Below, piece by piece: positions 25,187-35,571 of a stretch of DNA of 37,818 nucleotides. The DNA comes from a virus (taxonomy: Duplodnaviria > Caudoviricetes). The stretch covers positions 1-37,818 of the IMG/VR virus record IMGVR_UViG_3300034416_000014; one strand, written 5' to 3'. The position numbers were made by a program, and so were the translations under genes. Every line of letters begins with the position of its first letter. Within the stretch, counting starts at the first letter, position 1. The notes beneath the pieces were generated by a model, which worked only from the letters and a program-made list of their open reading frames with translations, had not been told where the DNA came from and made no database searches.

Positions 25187-25745
25187 CCTCTTGATCGACA
25201 ATCCGCCGACGGCCGCCACGGTCAACGGCACGGATTACGCGATCAACACGGACTATCGGACGGTACTCTCGTACCTCCGCCTGCTCGACGACGAGGACTT
25301 GAGCGACCAGGACAAGACTGCCCTGGCGCTCGTCCTCTTCTTCGGGCGCAAGATCAAATCGGCCGACGTGGAAGGGCTGGTCACCTACGTGCGCTGGTAT
25401 ATCAACTGCGGCCAGGAACCCGAGAAGAACGAAAAGCCGAAAGAACGGTATTTCGACATCCTTATCGACTCCGGCCGCATCTTCGCGGCCTTCTTCCAGA
25501 CCTACGACATCAACCTTCGGGAAACCTCGATCCACTGGTGGACGTTCTGCGAACTCCTCGCGGGGCTGCCGAAAGGCACCCACCTGGCGGACGTGATCGA
25601 TATTCGCGCGCGGCCATTCCGGCCTGATATGAAGCCCGGCGAGCGGAACGAACTCGCCGACCTCAAGAGGCATTACGCGCTCGATGAGAAGAAAGACGAC
25701 GTGATCGGCAATCTATTCGACAGCCTGGCGGGGGGGTGCGGATGA
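25176..25745 (+). CDS. A118 gp15-family tail chaperone
   Basis: INTDYRTVL, IFAAFFQTYDINL, IHWWTFCELLAGL, VIDIR. Confidence 0.85.
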   Translation: MKFNLLIDNPPTAATVNGTDYAINTDYRTVLSYLRLLDDEDLSDQDKTALALVLFFGRKIKSADVEGLVTYVRWYINCGQEPEKNEKPKERYFDILIDSGRIFAAFFQTYDINLRETSIHWWTFCELLAGLPKGTHLADVIDIRARPFRPDMKPGERNELADLKRHYALDEKKDDVIGNLFDSLAGGCG

Positions 25746-28700
25746 GCGGACAGTATGACGGCAAGGTTCGGATCGGCACAAAGATCGACGATTCAGACCT
25801 CGCCGGCGACCTTGAAAAGCTAAGGTCTCGGCTGCAATCGGCTTCCGCCAAGCTCCGCGACGTGATGCAGGGGCCGGTCGAAGCGGTGCGGCAGATTGGC
25901 CAGGCTTTGCAGAAGGCCAACGCAATCCTGGGGCAGTACATCGAGACCGCTTCCGACGCCAACGAATCGAATAATAAGTTCAAGGAAGTATTCAAAGATC
26001 AGGCCGATCAGGTTGATCGGTGGGCAAATAGGTACTTCCAGGCTTTTGGCCTGGCCAAGACCGAGACGAAAGACTTCGCCGCTACCCTGCAAAATACCTT
26101 TGTCCCGATGGGATTTGCGAGGGAGGAGGCCGCGAAGCTCTCCATGGGGTTGGTCGAGCTTGCCGGAGACATGGGGTCATTCAACAACATCGCCCGAAAG
26201 GACGTTATTGCAGACTTCCAGTCGGCTCTCGTCGGGAACACGGAGACGGTTCGAAAATACGGCATCGTCATCACCGAAACGACGCTCGCTCAAAAAGCGA
26301 TCAGCGAAGGGGTTAGCAAAACCGGGAAAGACCTCTCAGAGCAAGAAAAGATATGGCTTCGGTATAAGGTAATCCTTGATTCCACTAAAGATGCACAGGG
26401 AGACCTTGCCAGGACTTCGGACAGCTATGCCAACATATCACAGCGCCTAGAATCGGCGCAAAAAGCACTATTCGAAACTATAGGGAATCAACTCCTTCCT
26501 GTTGCCACTGCTATGAAACAGCGCCTCGGGGATCTGTTCCTCATGATCGCCCAAAATGAAAAAACCCCCGAGGTTTTATTCAAGATCGCCACGGGCCTGG
26601 GCGCGGCCACGGCGGGCGTTGCGGCCTTCGTGCTGGTGTCGCAGGGCCATGCCGTTGTAACGGCTCTCGGAAAGGCGCTATTACTGGTCAACGATGCGTT
26701 GTTCGCAAACCCCTACGCTCTCGCGGGGGCCGCTTTGGCCGCCCTGGTTGTGGTCATCGCCGGAGCCGCGAAGGCGGCGGAAGACCACACCGAAGCCCTA
26801 AAAAAGCAAATCGAAAAATCCAGCGAGTCGCAGAAAGAAGTCAAGGCGCTCGCCGACGAATATCAAAACCTCTACGACAAGGTAAACCCTACCGCGACAG
26901 AGCAGAACCGCATGGCGGAGATCGCCAAGACCTTGCATGATCGATTCCCCGACCTTACCACGGACACCATTAACCTCGCCGCGGCTAATGGAACACTAGC
27001 AACGAAGGCGACGGCCGCCGCTGATGCACAGGCGAGAATTCTCGCGAAACCACTGTATGAAAAAGCCGAAAAAGACTTGGTCCAAGCGACGAAAGAATAC
27101 GCAAATTACAAGCAAATCCTAGATGAAGTAGGAAAACTTAATCCCGGACAAACATATCTCGAGTATACCTCGCTCGATAAAGAGAAAATACAGGCTATTG
27201 TCAACGATGCGGCGGCGCGACAAAAAAAAGCCATTGACGACATTGAATTATATAAGAGCATTGCCATGGGGACATATATACCCCCTTCGCCTCTCGAACC
27301 AGCAAAGAATCCGTCCCCTGGAGGAGGAGGATCGACCGGTTCAACCACTCTTCCACAGGGAACACGGCTCAAGGCGCTCGACGAGGAATACAAGGCCCGA
27401 ATCGCCCTGGCCGAGAATACCGGCGAGGACGTGGCCGCCATCGAGAAAGAGTGGTACGACAAGCGCCTGGCGATGCTCGGCGACTTCGTCGTTGAGGACG
27501 CGAAAAAGGGCGTCAAGCTTGAGTATTCCCTGAAATCCTCGTTCGCCGGCTATGCCGAGGAAGGATCGGACGACCTCCGCCAGCTCGGCAAAGAGATCGA
27601 CGCGACCCGCTTCAAGCTCGAGAAGTACAAGGACGCCGCCGGCGACACCATGTTCACGCCGCTGGATTACGGCGCCGCCAATGCCGTATGGAACGGCGAG
27701 GCCGCGCCTGAACCCAGCGCCGGAAGCGCCCAGGACTGGGCCGACGACTACCTCGGGAAAGCCGCGTTCCAAGCGATCATGCAGGCGGTGTCCGAGGGCT
27801 TGAGCGCCAGCGATACCGAAGAGTGGGTGCAGGAATACCTCGGAAAGCAGGCGTTTGAAACCCTGCAATCCTCGGTCGGCGAAGCCTTGAGCGCGTCCGA
27901 CGCCGAGGAGTGGGTACAGACCTACCTCGGCGACGAGGCGTTCCGCGCGCTGCAGTCCGCCGCCTCCGATGGCTTGAGCGCCGCCGATACGCAGGCATGG
28001 GTCGAGGATTACCTGGGCGACAAAGCGTTCAAGGCCCTGCAGGATGCCGCGACGGACGGCCTGCAGGCGGCGGACGTGGCGGAGTGGTCGGAGGAGTACC
28101 TCGGAAAGAACGTATTCGAGGCGCTCATGTCCGCAGCCGACGAGGGATTGCAGTCGGCAGCCGTTCAGGAATGGTGCGACGACTACCTCGGAAAGGGCGC
28201 TTTCGATGCCCTGCAAGCCGCCGCCGAGGAAGGGTTGCAGGCCGCCGACGTTGAGGAATGGGCCGCCGATTACCTCGGGAAACAGGTATTCGATGCTATG
28301 TCGGAAGCGGCGACCCTGGGCCTGCAAGAGGCCGATGTCGCCGAGTGGGTGGCGGATTACCTCAACGCCAAGAAGCTCGCCAACGCGCTCGACGCCGAGG
28401 ATATGAAGATTCAGGCCGCCAAGGTCGCCGCGTGGATCGCCGACTACAAGAAGAACCACGGCACGGTCGCCGAGGGCGGCGACGGGTGGGTGGCCTACGA
28501 CAGGTATCTCGAGGAGATGCGCAAGAAGACCGAGCTCGCCCCCTGGCAGCAGGCCGGCGTCGTCGGGAAGCAGGGCGAGGACGGCACGGTATCCGGCGGC
28601 ACGGAGATCGGCAACCTGTTCGCGGGCCTCGTGGACATCGGGAAAGCCTTCGCCGACAGCATCGGCGGCATCGTCCAGGCGGTTACCTCGCTTTCGTCCG

Positions 28701-29833
28701 TTCAGCAGATTCTCAACCCACTGACGACCATCTTCTCCTCGATGATGGAAGTCATCGGCCCCGTCATCAACGAAGTGCTTGGGCCGATCGTCGGCATGTT
28801 CAAGATGCTGGGCGAAGCGCTCGGGCAAATCCTCGCCCCGGCGATCCAGCTGCTCACGCCGATCATCAAGCTCATTTCCGAGATTTTCGTGTTCCTCTAC
28901 AACTCGATCATCGTGCCGGTGGGAAACGCGATCATCAAGGCATTCAACTGGATATACAACGGCATCACGAGCGTCCTGAACTGGATCATCCGGGCGATCA
29001 ATGACGCGCTCGGCTGGATTGGCGTCCACCTCAATGAGATCGCGCAGCGGGGCGCCGACGAGGGTACGCTGACCGCGATCACGGCGCAGGACATGGGCGG
29101 GACGGAGGCCACCGACGCCCTGAAAGAGCAGAACGATGCCCTGAAAGCCAATCGGGAGCTCTGGACCCTGGCCAGCAAAGCGGCCGATGCCTACGCCTCG
29201 GTGCTCACGAAGGTGAAGGCAGCCGCCTCTACCTTCTACGAGTCCCTGCAGAATGTCGGGGCGGACATCACGAGCATGTTGATCGACAACCTCGTGAACG
29301 GATTCAGCGAGGAAGATTTTCTTTATGCGATGGAGGAGTACATCAGGGGCGCGGTCATCAAGGCAGCGGTCTACACCGAAAGCCTGATGGCGTCCGTGGC
29401 CGCAATCGGCCAGAAGATCAGCGACGCGATCGCCAACGGCGCTACCTCCGATGACTTCGCTGACCTGGCCGCCGAACTCCGGGCGCTGTGGGAGGCGGCT
29501 GTAGAGAAGGCGGGGATTGTGGCTGGGATCATCGATCAGTCCCTTATCGGCTCCTACGATGTTGGCTCGCTCTCTGTACCCGGTGACCAGTACGCGAAGA
29601 TCCACGACAGCGAGATGATCCTCCCTGCCGGGATCGCCAGCGAGGCGCGCAGCGCGGGAATCGTCATCGGGCCGGCCGAGAACCTCGGGAGCATCGGGGC
29701 GGCGGGAATCTCACGACAGCAGATCAGCCTGTCAATAAAGATGGACGGCTCGATCACGGCGGACGGGCGCGAGATCGGGCGCATCGCCTATGAGCACTTC
29801 GATAAGTTCGCGGGGAGCGCCTATGGCGGTTGA
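25742..29833 (+). CDS. Tape measure protein
   Basis: About 1363 aa, helical; DGKVRIGTKID start; LAGDMGSFNN..SALVGNTETVRKYGI; hydrophobic segments; aromatic-spaced repeats. Confidence 0.9.
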   Translation: MSGQYDGKVRIGTKIDDSDLAGDLEKLRSRLQSASAKLRDVMQGPVEAVRQIGQALQKANAILGQYIETASDANESNNKFKEVFKDQADQVDRWANRYFQAFGLAKTETKDFAATLQNTFVPMGFAREEAAKLSMGLVELAGDMGSFNNIARKDVIADFQSALVGNTETVRKYGIVITETTLAQKAISEGVSKTGKDLSEQEKIWLRYKVILDSTKDAQGDLARTSDSYANISQRLESAQKALFETIGNQLLPVATAMKQRLGDLFLMIAQNEKTPEVLFKIATGLGAATAGVAAFVLVSQGHAVVTALGKALLLVNDALFANPYALAGAALAALVVVIAGAAKAAEDHTEALKKQIEKSSESQKEVKALADEYQNLYDKVNPTATEQNRMAEIAKTLHDRFPDLTTDTINLAAANGTLATKATAAADAQARILAKPLYEKAEKDLVQATKEYANYKQILDEVGKLNPGQTYLEYTSLDKEKIQAIVNDAAARQKKAIDDIELYKSIAMGTYIPPSPLEPAKNPSPGGGGSTGSTTLPQGTRLKALDEEYKARIALAENTGEDVAAIEKEWYDKRLAMLGDFVVEDAKKGVKLEYSLKSSFAGYAEEGSDDLRQLGKEIDATRFKLEKYKDAAGDTMFTPLDYGAANAVWNGEAAPEPSAGSAQDWADDYLGKAAFQAIMQAVSEGLSASDTEEWVQEYLGKQAFETLQSSVGEALSASDAEEWVQTYLGDEAFRALQSAASDGLSAADTQAWVEDYLGDKAFKALQDAATDGLQAADVAEWSEEYLGKNVFEALMSAADEGLQSAAVQEWCDDYLGKGAFDALQAAAEEGLQAADVEEWAADYLGKQVFDAMSEAATLGLQEADVAEWVADYLNAKKLANALDAEDMKIQAAKVAAWIADYKKNHGTVAEGGDGWVAYDRYLEEMRKKTELAPWQQAGVVGKQGEDGTVSGGTEIGNLFAGLVDIGKAFADSIGGIVQAVTSLSSVQQILNPLTTIFSSMMEVIGPVINEVLGPIVGMFKMLGEALGQILAPAIQLLTPIIKLISEIFVFLYNSIIVPVGNAIIKAFNWIYNGITSVLNWIIRAINDALGWIGVHLNEIAQRGADEGTLTAITAQDMGGTEATDALKEQNDALKANRELWTLASKAADAYASVLTKVKAAASTFYESLQNVGADITSMLIDNLVNGFSEEDFLYAMEEYIRGAVIKAAVYTESLMASVAAIGQKISDAIANGATSDDFADLAAELRALWEAAVEKAGIVAGIIDQSLIGSYDVGSLSVPGDQYAKIHDSEMILPAGIASEARSAGIVIGPAENLGSIGAAGISRQQISLSIKMDGSITADGREIGRIAYEHFDKFAGSAYGG
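27725..28450 (+). repeat. About 8.5 copies of a 29-aa (87-bp) acidic repeat in the tape measure protein
   Basis: W-x3-YLG-x3-F-x-AL-x2-A-x2-EGL pattern; Trp codons at 27737 and 27824 are 87 nt apart. Confidence 0.9.
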
Positions 29834-32800
29834 TGTCTTAATCAGCGGCGTAGCCTATGTCGGGCTCACGGACTCCCTGCAGATCACCGAGCAAGCGCGC
29901 GCGACGGCAAGCACCTCGATCCAGGTGCGGCTCGATGCTCTGCCGACGCCGGTCTCCCTGCAGTCGGTCCAGATCCTCATAGACGACGTCCCGGTATTCG
30001 CGGGCCTGATCGAGACCGTATCGACCCCGGAATATGACACCGGCTTCGAGACGCGCGTCGTGACCCTTTCGATACAGAGCCTCGAATCGATCCTGTCCCG
30101 TCGGCTCATCACCCGGAACTGGTACGGGAAATACGTCCACGAGATCGTTGCGGACATCTTCACCGAATACCTCGCCGAGGAAGGGCTGGCGCTCGGCTCC
30201 ATCTCCACCACGACCATCCAGATCGACGCCTACAAGAAGTCATACGAGCAGGCGAGCACGGTCTTGAACGAATTGGCGAAGAAGGTTGACGGGGCGAGCT
30301 TCTACATCGCGCCGGACAAGAAGTTCTATTTCCTCGTCGCTTCCGACTTCCCCCAGGTGGACGCCCCCGAGCACATCACGGGCTTGAAGAAGGTCGACGC
30401 TTACAGCGATCTCCGAACCGTACAGATCATGAAGGGCGCGAGCTCACGCATCATCGGCACCGCAGAGAACGCGACACTGAAAGCCGAGATCGCCGCGCTG
30501 TCGGGAACGTCGGGAAAGATCGAGAAGATCGAGTCCGATTCGACGATTCGCAACCCCACGGCCGCCGGGGCCGAGGCCACCGAGCGCGTGGCGCAGTACG
30601 CCGAGCGGGAAATCACCCTGACGTGTACTTGCCACGACCTCGTAAAAACCGCGCTTTACCAGACCTGGGCGATCACCTCCGGGCATTTTCCGACCGGGCG
30701 CCTGCTGCCGACTGGCGAGGCCATCCCCGGCGCCTTAAGCCGATACCCGCTCGATATGACGGGGCTCTATACCGTCGTGCAGCGGACGATTTCCTGCTTC
30801 GGCGACCAATACAAGATTGCGGTAACGCTCAAGAATCGAAACTACTTCGCCCGGTATGGATACTCGATCCGGCAAGCCCTGGAAGACGCGCAGCGGGCCG
30901 CCATGTCGATCCTGGACATCCACAGCCAGGACGCGCTCACGCCGAATAAGAAGATCGCGGACCGCGCGAAATGGAACGCCATCGCCGCGGAGAAAGACCT
31001 CCTCGACGAGCAGGCGGATACCTACGCGATCACCGACAAGAAGGCCACCTACGATGCCGCGTTCCAAGCCCTTGCCGACTACCTGAACGGCGGGACGGCC
31101 TGGGTGTCGGGATACCCCTTGTGGCTTTCCGGCGATGAGTTGGCGACTACGGAGGATATCGACAGCACAGAGTACGAGGGCAAGTGGTCGGACTACGACG
31201 CGGGGAAAGCCGACCTTTCAACCTCGATCACGGCGGCGGTTCAGGCGGCGGCGATCACCGAATCGCTGCAGCAAGTGCCCACGTACACGCCGCAATACCT
31301 GGGCGCCAAGCGGGACGCGATCCCCACTGGAGGGCGTGAGGGCGACGTATACCTCCTCTATTCCGAGACTCCGAACACCACCATTCCCCCGACCATCGCC
31401 AACCCGCCCGATCACCGGGGCGTGTTCCGGTACACCTCGGGCGCCTGGGTTTGGACGACCGACCCGGCGGATATGTACAAGGCGATCCGAGACATCGCGG
31501 ACGTCTGCAAAATCCTCGCCTCCGATGGCACGACGCCGCTCTATGGTATCGAAGCCGACTACGGCGTCGACGCCTCGATCGAGACGGCGCATATCAGCCT
31601 CGCGCTCATCGACTTCCTGCGCGGCGGCTCGGCGTCCTTCTCGGGCGACGTGGACATGAAGAACGGCACCGTTCGGGGCGTCCTCAATACCCCGGTCATG
31701 GCGACCACCGACCCGACCACGGGCGCGACCGTTCCCACGCCGACCCCGACGTACTGGGCTGGCTCGGCCCTGATTTCCCACTGCGCAGGGCTGTCGAACG
31801 GCTGGCACGCGGCGACGGGAACCTTTGGTGGGAAAAACGTCACCCACGTCGTGAAGGGCGGCGCGGACAATTCTGTATCGTATCAGTCCGAAGACGCCGA
31901 GGTAGCAACCAGCGGCACAGACTGGACGACGGTGAAATCGTTCACCGCGCAGGAAACCGGCAAAGTGAAGGTATTCGCTAAGGGGCGAACCTATTACTAT
32001 TTACTCACGCACGGGAACGTGGGCTACTGGCAAATCCTTGTCAATGGAATAGTCATGGCCTCGATCAGCGGATATTCGATCGCGGCGCAGGAATTATTCA
32101 ACAAAGAAATAATTGTCGCCGACGGTGATACCGTTTTGATCCAATCGAAATCGAGCTATTCAGGCCGCAACGTCTGGACGAGCTACGCCAGAATATGCCC
32201 CGCCGAAAACACCATCGGCGTCTGGAACGACTCGGACAACACCGCCACCGTGATCGATTCGGGCTATTTCAACCTCGCGGGCAACGTCCATGAATCGACG
32301 CTCGCGGACTTCGTTACCTCGGCCATCGACGACTATTGGCGCGGCATCGATTTCATCAACGCCTTTGACGGCAAGGTGCGCGGAAGCATTGAGCAGGCCG
32401 TCGCCTCCTCGAGCGCCTACGGCGGGAAGACCGTCGTTTCCGTCTACATCACGGGCGACGCCTCGATCCGGCTCACCTTCTCCGACACCACCACGGCGAC
32501 GATCTACGCCGCCGACTTCCTGACTGCCGCCGGGAGCATCACGCTCGCCACGACCACGGGGAAAATGACACTCCGGCGCGCGTTGACCGACCTCGGCTAC
32601 CACATCTACGCCGACCTCATCCCTGGAACAAGCGACGAGCAGATCATCGTTCAGAATCAGGTAACAGGACAGGAATTTTCGATTATGACGCTCCGCGCGC
32701 CTGTGGGCGCCACGACGGAAGCTACGCACTCGCAATCGTGCATCGTTGCCAACTCGGGCCAGTACATCGACTGGGTCCATGATATTTCAATGCATAACTA

Positions 32801-33419
32801 CGCCGGCGTCGACGCGGTCAAAGTGGTCGACGTGATCATGTGCCTCAACGCGGCGCTCAAAGGCAAGTGGGAATGGTACAGGCGGAAGTGCGTCGACGGC
32901 ACGGCATACGGCACCTATGGGACGATGGAGGCCGATTTCCTCGCTATGTCTCTGTCGGGCGACGGCCTTCTCCATACACCAGGCGGGATGACGACAGACG
33001 GCCCCGAGGCCGCGCGCACCGCCGGAGACAATATTTTCGCCAAGAGCTTCGAGGTGGCGGTCGTTTCTTCGGGATCCTGGGCCGACAAGCTCCAATACAA
33101 AATCAAGAAGTCAGGAACGATCCGCGTCTATTTCACGATAACGGCCAACGTCGCCGCCGGGAGCTTTTCTAATACAGTATACGGTCGCGTCCTGGTGGAT
33201 GGCTCGGCGGTTGGGGCTACAGCATCAGCAACGGCATCGTCGAGCGCGGAAGATGCGGCGACGGCAAGCTGGATCGGCTACCGCGATGTCACTGTCGTGA
33301 GCGGTAGCATCATCAAGATTCAGGCGTATGAATCAAACACGGCGCAGGGAACTGCGAGCGCGTCGAATATGAAGCTCGGTTCCGCGGAAGAGGGCTTCGC
33401 GTACGGATACGGAGGTTGA
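29823..33419 (+). CDS. Large tail tip / baseplate hub and host-specificity protein
   Basis: About 1198 aa directly after the TMP; hub-like N-terminus (VFAGLI, FYIAPDKKFYF), helical middle, beta-rich C-terminus. Confidence 0.7.
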   Translation: MAVDVLISGVAYVGLTDSLQITEQARATASTSIQVRLDALPTPVSLQSVQILIDDVPVFAGLIETVSTPEYDTGFETRVVTLSIQSLESILSRRLITRNWYGKYVHEIVADIFTEYLAEEGLALGSISTTTIQIDAYKKSYEQASTVLNELAKKVDGASFYIAPDKKFYFLVASDFPQVDAPEHITGLKKVDAYSDLRTVQIMKGASSRIIGTAENATLKAEIAALSGTSGKIEKIESDSTIRNPTAAGAEATERVAQYAEREITLTCTCHDLVKTALYQTWAITSGHFPTGRLLPTGEAIPGALSRYPLDMTGLYTVVQRTISCFGDQYKIAVTLKNRNYFARYGYSIRQALEDAQRAAMSILDIHSQDALTPNKKIADRAKWNAIAAEKDLLDEQADTYAITDKKATYDAAFQALADYLNGGTAWVSGYPLWLSGDELATTEDIDSTEYEGKWSDYDAGKADLSTSITAAVQAAAITESLQQVPTYTPQYLGAKRDAIPTGGREGDVYLLYSETPNTTIPPTIANPPDHRGVFRYTSGAWVWTTDPADMYKAIRDIADVCKILASDGTTPLYGIEADYGVDASIETAHISLALIDFLRGGSASFSGDVDMKNGTVRGVLNTPVMATTDPTTGATVPTPTPTYWAGSALISHCAGLSNGWHAATGTFGGKNVTHVVKGGADNSVSYQSEDAEVATSGTDWTTVKSFTAQETGKVKVFAKGRTYYYLLTHGNVGYWQILVNGIVMASISGYSIAAQELFNKEIIVADGDTVLIQSKSSYSGRNVWTSYARICPAENTIGVWNDSDNTATVIDSGYFNLAGNVHESTLADFVTSAIDDYWRGIDFINAFDGKVRGSIEQAVASSSAYGGKTVVSVYITGDASIRLTFSDTTTATIYAADFLTAAGSITLATTTGKMTLRRALTDLGYHIYADLIPGTSDEQIIVQNQVTGQEFSIMTLRAPVGATTEATHSQSCIVANSGQYIDWVHDISMHNYAGVDAVKVVDVIMCLNAALKGKWEWYRRKCVDGTAYGTYGTMEADFLAMSLSGDGLLHTPGGMTTDGPEAARTAGDNIFAKSFEVAVVSSGSWADKLQYKIKKSGTIRVYFTITANVAAGSFSNTVYGRVLVDGSAVGATASATASSSAEDAATASWIGYRDVTVVSGSIIKIQAYESNTAQGTASASNMKLGSAEEGFAYGYGG

Positions 33420-33420
33420 T

Positions 33421-33513
33421 ATGTTCAGGATTTTTTCGTGGATCATGGCGGCGCCCGCGATCGCATCGGCCACGCTGGCGGTCAGGTTTCTCGCGCTGCT
33501 TTTCCGCCGGTAA
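33421..33513 (+). CDS. 30-aa hydrophobic peptide (absent from ORF track)
   Basis: RBS GGAGG; MFRIFSWIMAAPAIASATLAVRFLALLFRR fills the intergenic gap. Confidence 0.5.
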   Translation: MFRIFSWIMAAPAIASATLAVRFLALLFRR

Positions 33514-33525
33514 AAAGGAGCGAAT

Positions 33526-35562
33526 ATGGCTTTCAACCTGATCCAGTACATCCGCAAGACCTACGCGGTCGGCCAACTCCCGGCCTACGACGACCCCGCA
33601 GACATGAACGCGAGGGAGGCGGCGATCGATGTCCTGTCGCAGGACCACGACAAGGAATCCACCCCCGGCCGCTCCCTGCTCGAAGCCGCAACCGTCGCGG
33701 CACAGCGCACGGCGCTCGACGTGGACAGCACGGCGGAGGTCACGGCCAAGGCCAACGCGGCGCAGTCGGGCGCTGAGAGCACGGCGGCGGCGGCGCTCGC
33801 AGGGCATGTAGCGGCGCCTGACCCGCATGCGCAGTACGCGCTCGAGTCGGAACTGACTCCTGCCCTTGCGGCCAAGGCCGACCTGGTCGGGGGGAAGATA
33901 CCCGCGGGGCAGCTCCCGGCCTATGTGGACGACGCCCTCGAATTCGCGAATCTCGCAGCATTCCCGGCTGTGGGCGAGACGGGGAAGATCTACGTCGCGC
34001 TCAATACGAATTTGACCTATCGATGGTCAGGGTCGGCGTACGTAGAAATCTCTCAAAGTCTGGCACTAGGGGAAAGCTCCTCGAGCGCATACAGGGGCGA
34101 TCGTGGAGCTGAGCTCTATGCACTCAAGGGAAACATCCCGTCGGCATCCGAAAAGACAGCCCTGACGGCGGGCTACACCCATCTCGCGAAGCTCGCTGCT
34201 GCAGAGGCATACTCCGCTCTCTGGTCATACGATGTTGCCGCCAAGATGCCGCCCGCGCTGCTGCGCGAGATAGTAGAGGCGGCCTCATGCGGAGCGGCGA
34301 CGGTGAAGGTCGATGATCTCGGCTACCCGTCGATGATGTACATCGTCAGAGGGCCTATTCTCGCAGGCCACATTCACTCGGATATGGGCTCTACAACGGC
34401 ACTGAAAACTGTCGCCATCACTGCGGCCGGGGCGGGGTATGCGGTGAACGATATCCTGACCATCGCAGGCGGAACGGGAGGAACCGTTCGCGTCCTTGCT
34501 GTCGATGGATCTGGCGCCATAACCTCGATCAAGATCGTCAACCCGGGGAGCGGGTACAGCGCAGCCGCTGGTGCCGCGACAACTGGAGGCACCGGGGCAG
34601 GATGCACAATCACGACCACCATCGGCCCCGTGCATCCCGCTTTCCGCGTCAACGGCGTGGAGAAAACGGAAATTTTCTACGCCATGTTTAAGGGCACCTC
34701 GTACAATGGGACGACCTACCACGGCTCGGGCGCAGGCTGGCGCGCCGTTTCCTGGCCTGGGCTTTTCCCCACGGGATCACTCGATTTCGATGCCTCAAAG
34801 CTGCTCTGCACTAACAAGGGCGCGGGCTGGCACATGATGACGATGTGGGAACATGGTCTTGTCTCCTGGCTATCCATGAAGATGAGCACGGAGCCTCGCG
34901 GGAATACCTATTATGGCCGATCGCACGAATCTGGCTACGAATACGAATGCGCTGTACGATATGATGGGCTTAGTGCCGGGACGCCTTCCGGCACCGCGAA
35001 TCATCGCAATAGCGCCGCAAATAAATTTTGGTCACATAATGCAGATCGCTGGGGCATCCACGACCTGGTCGGATCTATGTGGGAATGGCGCGATGGAATG
35101 AAGGAAGTCGACGGTCTCATCTACATGCCGGAAGATAATTATGTCGGTTTGGCCGAGGCGAGCTGGCCCTCCACCGGAGCGTATTTCGACAACACAATCG
35201 CCACTTCTGGGGGCGCTCCCAGGCTCTCCAACGCGCGCGACAATCCGCTTGTCGATCCGAACTATACGACGGTAACACACAATGCAATGACGATCGCCGC
35301 GGGGTACGATACGCTCGATCTGGCAGTGCGACAGCGCATGTTGGCCTCGATGCTCTCGACCAAGATTTCGTCGGCCGGCGCGAATCCATGGAGCTCGAAA
35401 GGGACGCTGTATAACCGCAACTATGGCGAGCGTCTGCCTTTCGTCGGCGGCACCTGGTACACCGGGTCGAATGCTGGCCTTGCCGCGCTGGATCTGAATG
35501 ATCCGCGCTCGTCCGTGGGCAGCACCATCGGCTTCCGCCCCGCTTTTCTTTCTCTCTCGTAA
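33526..35562 (+). CDS. Tail fibre / receptor-binding protein with C-terminal CLec-fold (FGE/Mtd-like) domain
   Basis: Fibre motifs HVAAPDPHAQY, KADLVGGKIPAGQLPAYVDD, FPAVGETGKIY; then HPAFRVNG, GWHMMT..E, GIHDLVGSMWEW, GGTW..GFRPA. Confidence 0.85.
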   Translation: MAFNLIQYIRKTYAVGQLPAYDDPADMNAREAAIDVLSQDHDKESTPGRSLLEAATVAAQRTALDVDSTAEVTAKANAAQSGAESTAAAALAGHVAAPDPHAQYALESELTPALAAKADLVGGKIPAGQLPAYVDDALEFANLAAFPAVGETGKIYVALNTNLTYRWSGSAYVEISQSLALGESSSSAYRGDRGAELYALKGNIPSASEKTALTAGYTHLAKLAAAEAYSALWSYDVAAKMPPALLREIVEAASCGAATVKVDDLGYPSMMYIVRGPILAGHIHSDMGSTTALKTVAITAAGAGYAVNDILTIAGGTGGTVRVLAVDGSGAITSIKIVNPGSGYSAAAGAATTGGTGAGCTITTTIGPVHPAFRVNGVEKTEIFYAMFKGTSYNGTTYHGSGAGWRAVSWPGLFPTGSLDFDASKLLCTNKGAGWHMMTMWEHGLVSWLSMKMSTEPRGNTYYGRSHESGYEYECAVRYDGLSAGTPSGTANHRNSAANKFWSHNADRWGIHDLVGSMWEWRDGMKEVDGLIYMPEDNYVGLAEASWPSTGAYFDNTIATSGGAPRLSNARDNPLVDPNYTTVTHNAMTIAAGYDTLDLAVRQRMLASMLSTKISSAGANPWSSKGTLYNRNYGERLPFVGGTWYTGSNAGLAALDLNDPRSSVGSTIGFRPAFLSLS

Positions 35563-35571
35563 GGAGTTTGT

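Noticed and set aside
27341-29605. 754-aa minus-strand ORF and similar long antisense ORFs (17061-18251, 21025-22227, 9434-10288, 19792-20730)
   Set aside because: They mirror well-supported plus-strand genes; GC-rich codon bias removes antisense stops; no recognisable motifs.
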